The notes beneath the pieces were generated by a model. That model did no database searches. It saw only the letters and a program-made list of their open reading frames with translations, and had not been told where the DNA came from. A stretch of DNA of 63,785 nt, filler included, from Diploschistes diacapsis (Eukaryota), in assembly GCA_023645945.1 (NCBI GenBank). It is 26 parts of 26 records of this genome, joined end to end, with 100 filler letters (N's around TTAATTAATTAA, not from the genome) between each part and the next. Parts side by side here need not be neighbours in the genome. Positions count along the whole stretch, not along the records: positions 61,614 to 62,649 come from JALAIB010004215.1; positions 62,750 to 63,785 come from JALAIB010004216.1; 24 more parts are not named here. The stretch is one strand, 5' to 3'. The position numbers were made by a program, and so were the translations under genes. Below, piece after piece: positions 62,293-63,785 of the stretch (the first letter of the stretch is position 1; each line of letters opens with the position of its first letter).

Positions 62293-62749
62293 ATTTAAAT
62301 GAGAGGATGGTAGGAATAAATAGTGTGTGGATGCTAGCCTTACGGGGTTCGGGTCCTACCCGCCTACACAGCCACCCCCTAACATCCTTGGCACGGTTGG
62401 CACCTGTCATGTGACCCTGCCGTCACATGACACCGGTGGCTTGGCAGGCGCCTGGGCTGATCTGTCTCAATGTATTATAATTATTTAACATAATTAAGTC
62501 CAACACTACTCGAGACTTTTGTAATTCTATCACGAAAAGGTTTTTAAGCAAAGATTTTTTGGGGCGAAACCGGCGAAACCGGCAAAACCTGCCGAAAGTG
62601 GCGAGGCCAATCATTTATATTACGTAATCATAAATTGAAAAGGCATTTTNNNNNNNNNNNNNNNNNNNNNNNNNNNNNNNNNNNNNNNNNNNNTTAATTA
62701 ATTAANNNNNNNNNNNNNNNNNNNNNNNNNNNNNNNNNNNNNNNNNNNN

Positions 62750-63188
62750 TATACAAGGTATACACGAGTAGGATCAAGATAGGTTTGGTCTCTGTTAGAA
62801 GAGGAGTGTGGTAAAAGAAGAAGATAGATTAATTATAAATCTTAAACTATTTTTAATAAAAAGATTTTAAAATAATAAAAATAACGAATATAAATTAATC
62901 CCGAATAATAACTTAAGATATTTATAAAAATAAATACGTTCTTTTTCACGAAAATAAAGTCGTATTTATATATAATCAATTCGCTCGCCGCTTATTATAA
63001 GCTTAACGAACGGTACCCTCGAGACTCGCCGTTCATAAGAATAAACGCGACCGTCAAACGGTAACGAAAGCCCGCTCGCCGCTCACGAGAATAAGCGCGA
63101 GCAATGAACGCACCACGTGACCCCCGGTCCCGTGACTGATCTATATACAAAGCTGGGACGTGCCAAGTCTGGTACTTGGATCGTAACA
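62750..63188 (-). mobile_element. LTR family A variant C
   Basis: Ends GGTACTTGGATCGTAACA; colinear with 35885-36321. Confidence 0.8.
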
Positions 63189-63785
63189 AAGATCTTACAG
63201 CACGTAAATCAATCAAAAGCTTAAAATACCGTAAGAAGTCAAATAAAACCTCAATACAAAACAAGATTCTTAAAAGATATTAAACAAAATATCAAAATAT
63301 ACGTACTAATTAAAATAAAACAAACATACAAAATCACAAAATTTTTAACGTAGAATAAAAAATATTACAAAAAATTTTTTCTAATGCTCCTAAATCCATA
63401 AAGAATTTATCAGAAATTTAACTAAACCTTTCCCCCCCCCAAATCAATAAAAGGACCCATCTCCTATACTATTACCGCGAACCTCTTCTTTTTCGGAATA
63501 TATCCTTCCATCATACCATATTTAAATGTCTTAGATCCTAAATCTTTCTTTATATTTTCCTCCGATATATCATTATCTTCTTCTAATTCCGGTCCAGGTT
63601 CGAGCTACAAAATATCTTCTATAAAATCGTTAACAAATACTTTCAATCTTCTTCCAGCAAAAGTTCCATTAAGGTCCGTGCCATCAAGCTCGATAAGTTT
63701 ATATATTAACTTCATATAATCTATATAAATTATCTTATAAGGACCGAGTTATTAAAAGTTCAATTTTCTTAATACGGAATAGTTC
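63189..63785 (-). mobile_element. Ty3/gypsy integrase C-terminal (GPY/F) relic with PPT
   Basis: Minus-strand KKLNF**LGPYKII...YKLIELDGTDLNGTFAGRRLKVF; G-run PPT at ~63428-63440. Confidence 0.7.

Overview
This is not one contiguous locus. It is a concatenation of 26 contigs from a filamentous ascomycete (Pezizomycotina) assembly, joined by identical 100-bp artificial spacers (44 N + TTAATTAATTAA + 44 N). Two ~18-kb, GC-balanced contigs carry most of the genes, several with spliceosomal introns. Contig 7988-26195 has an ELL-like elongation factor, an MBL-fold protein, a SPRY/Ssh4-like protein and a Cps1-type GT2 polysaccharide synthase. Contig 37684-55831 has a small Cys/His-rich ORF, RPS19, an alpha/beta-hydrolase + Cys-phosphatase fusion and a dihydroxy-acid dehydratase. 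One 1-kb, very GC-rich contig carries most of VPS28. The other ~1.04-kb contigs are AT-rich, RIP-degraded transposon junctions: Ty3/gypsy and Ty1/copia relics with LTRs, Fot1/pogo relics and a hAT-like MITE family. The most notable items are a ~600-bp TRIM-like miniature LTR element with an apparent Tf1-type self-priming PBS, an intact 79-aa Cys/His peptide ORF in front of a decayed reading frame, an RPS19 gene needing two GC-AG introns, and a CpG-sparing RIP signature. Family assignments come from motif recognition by eye; no searches were run.
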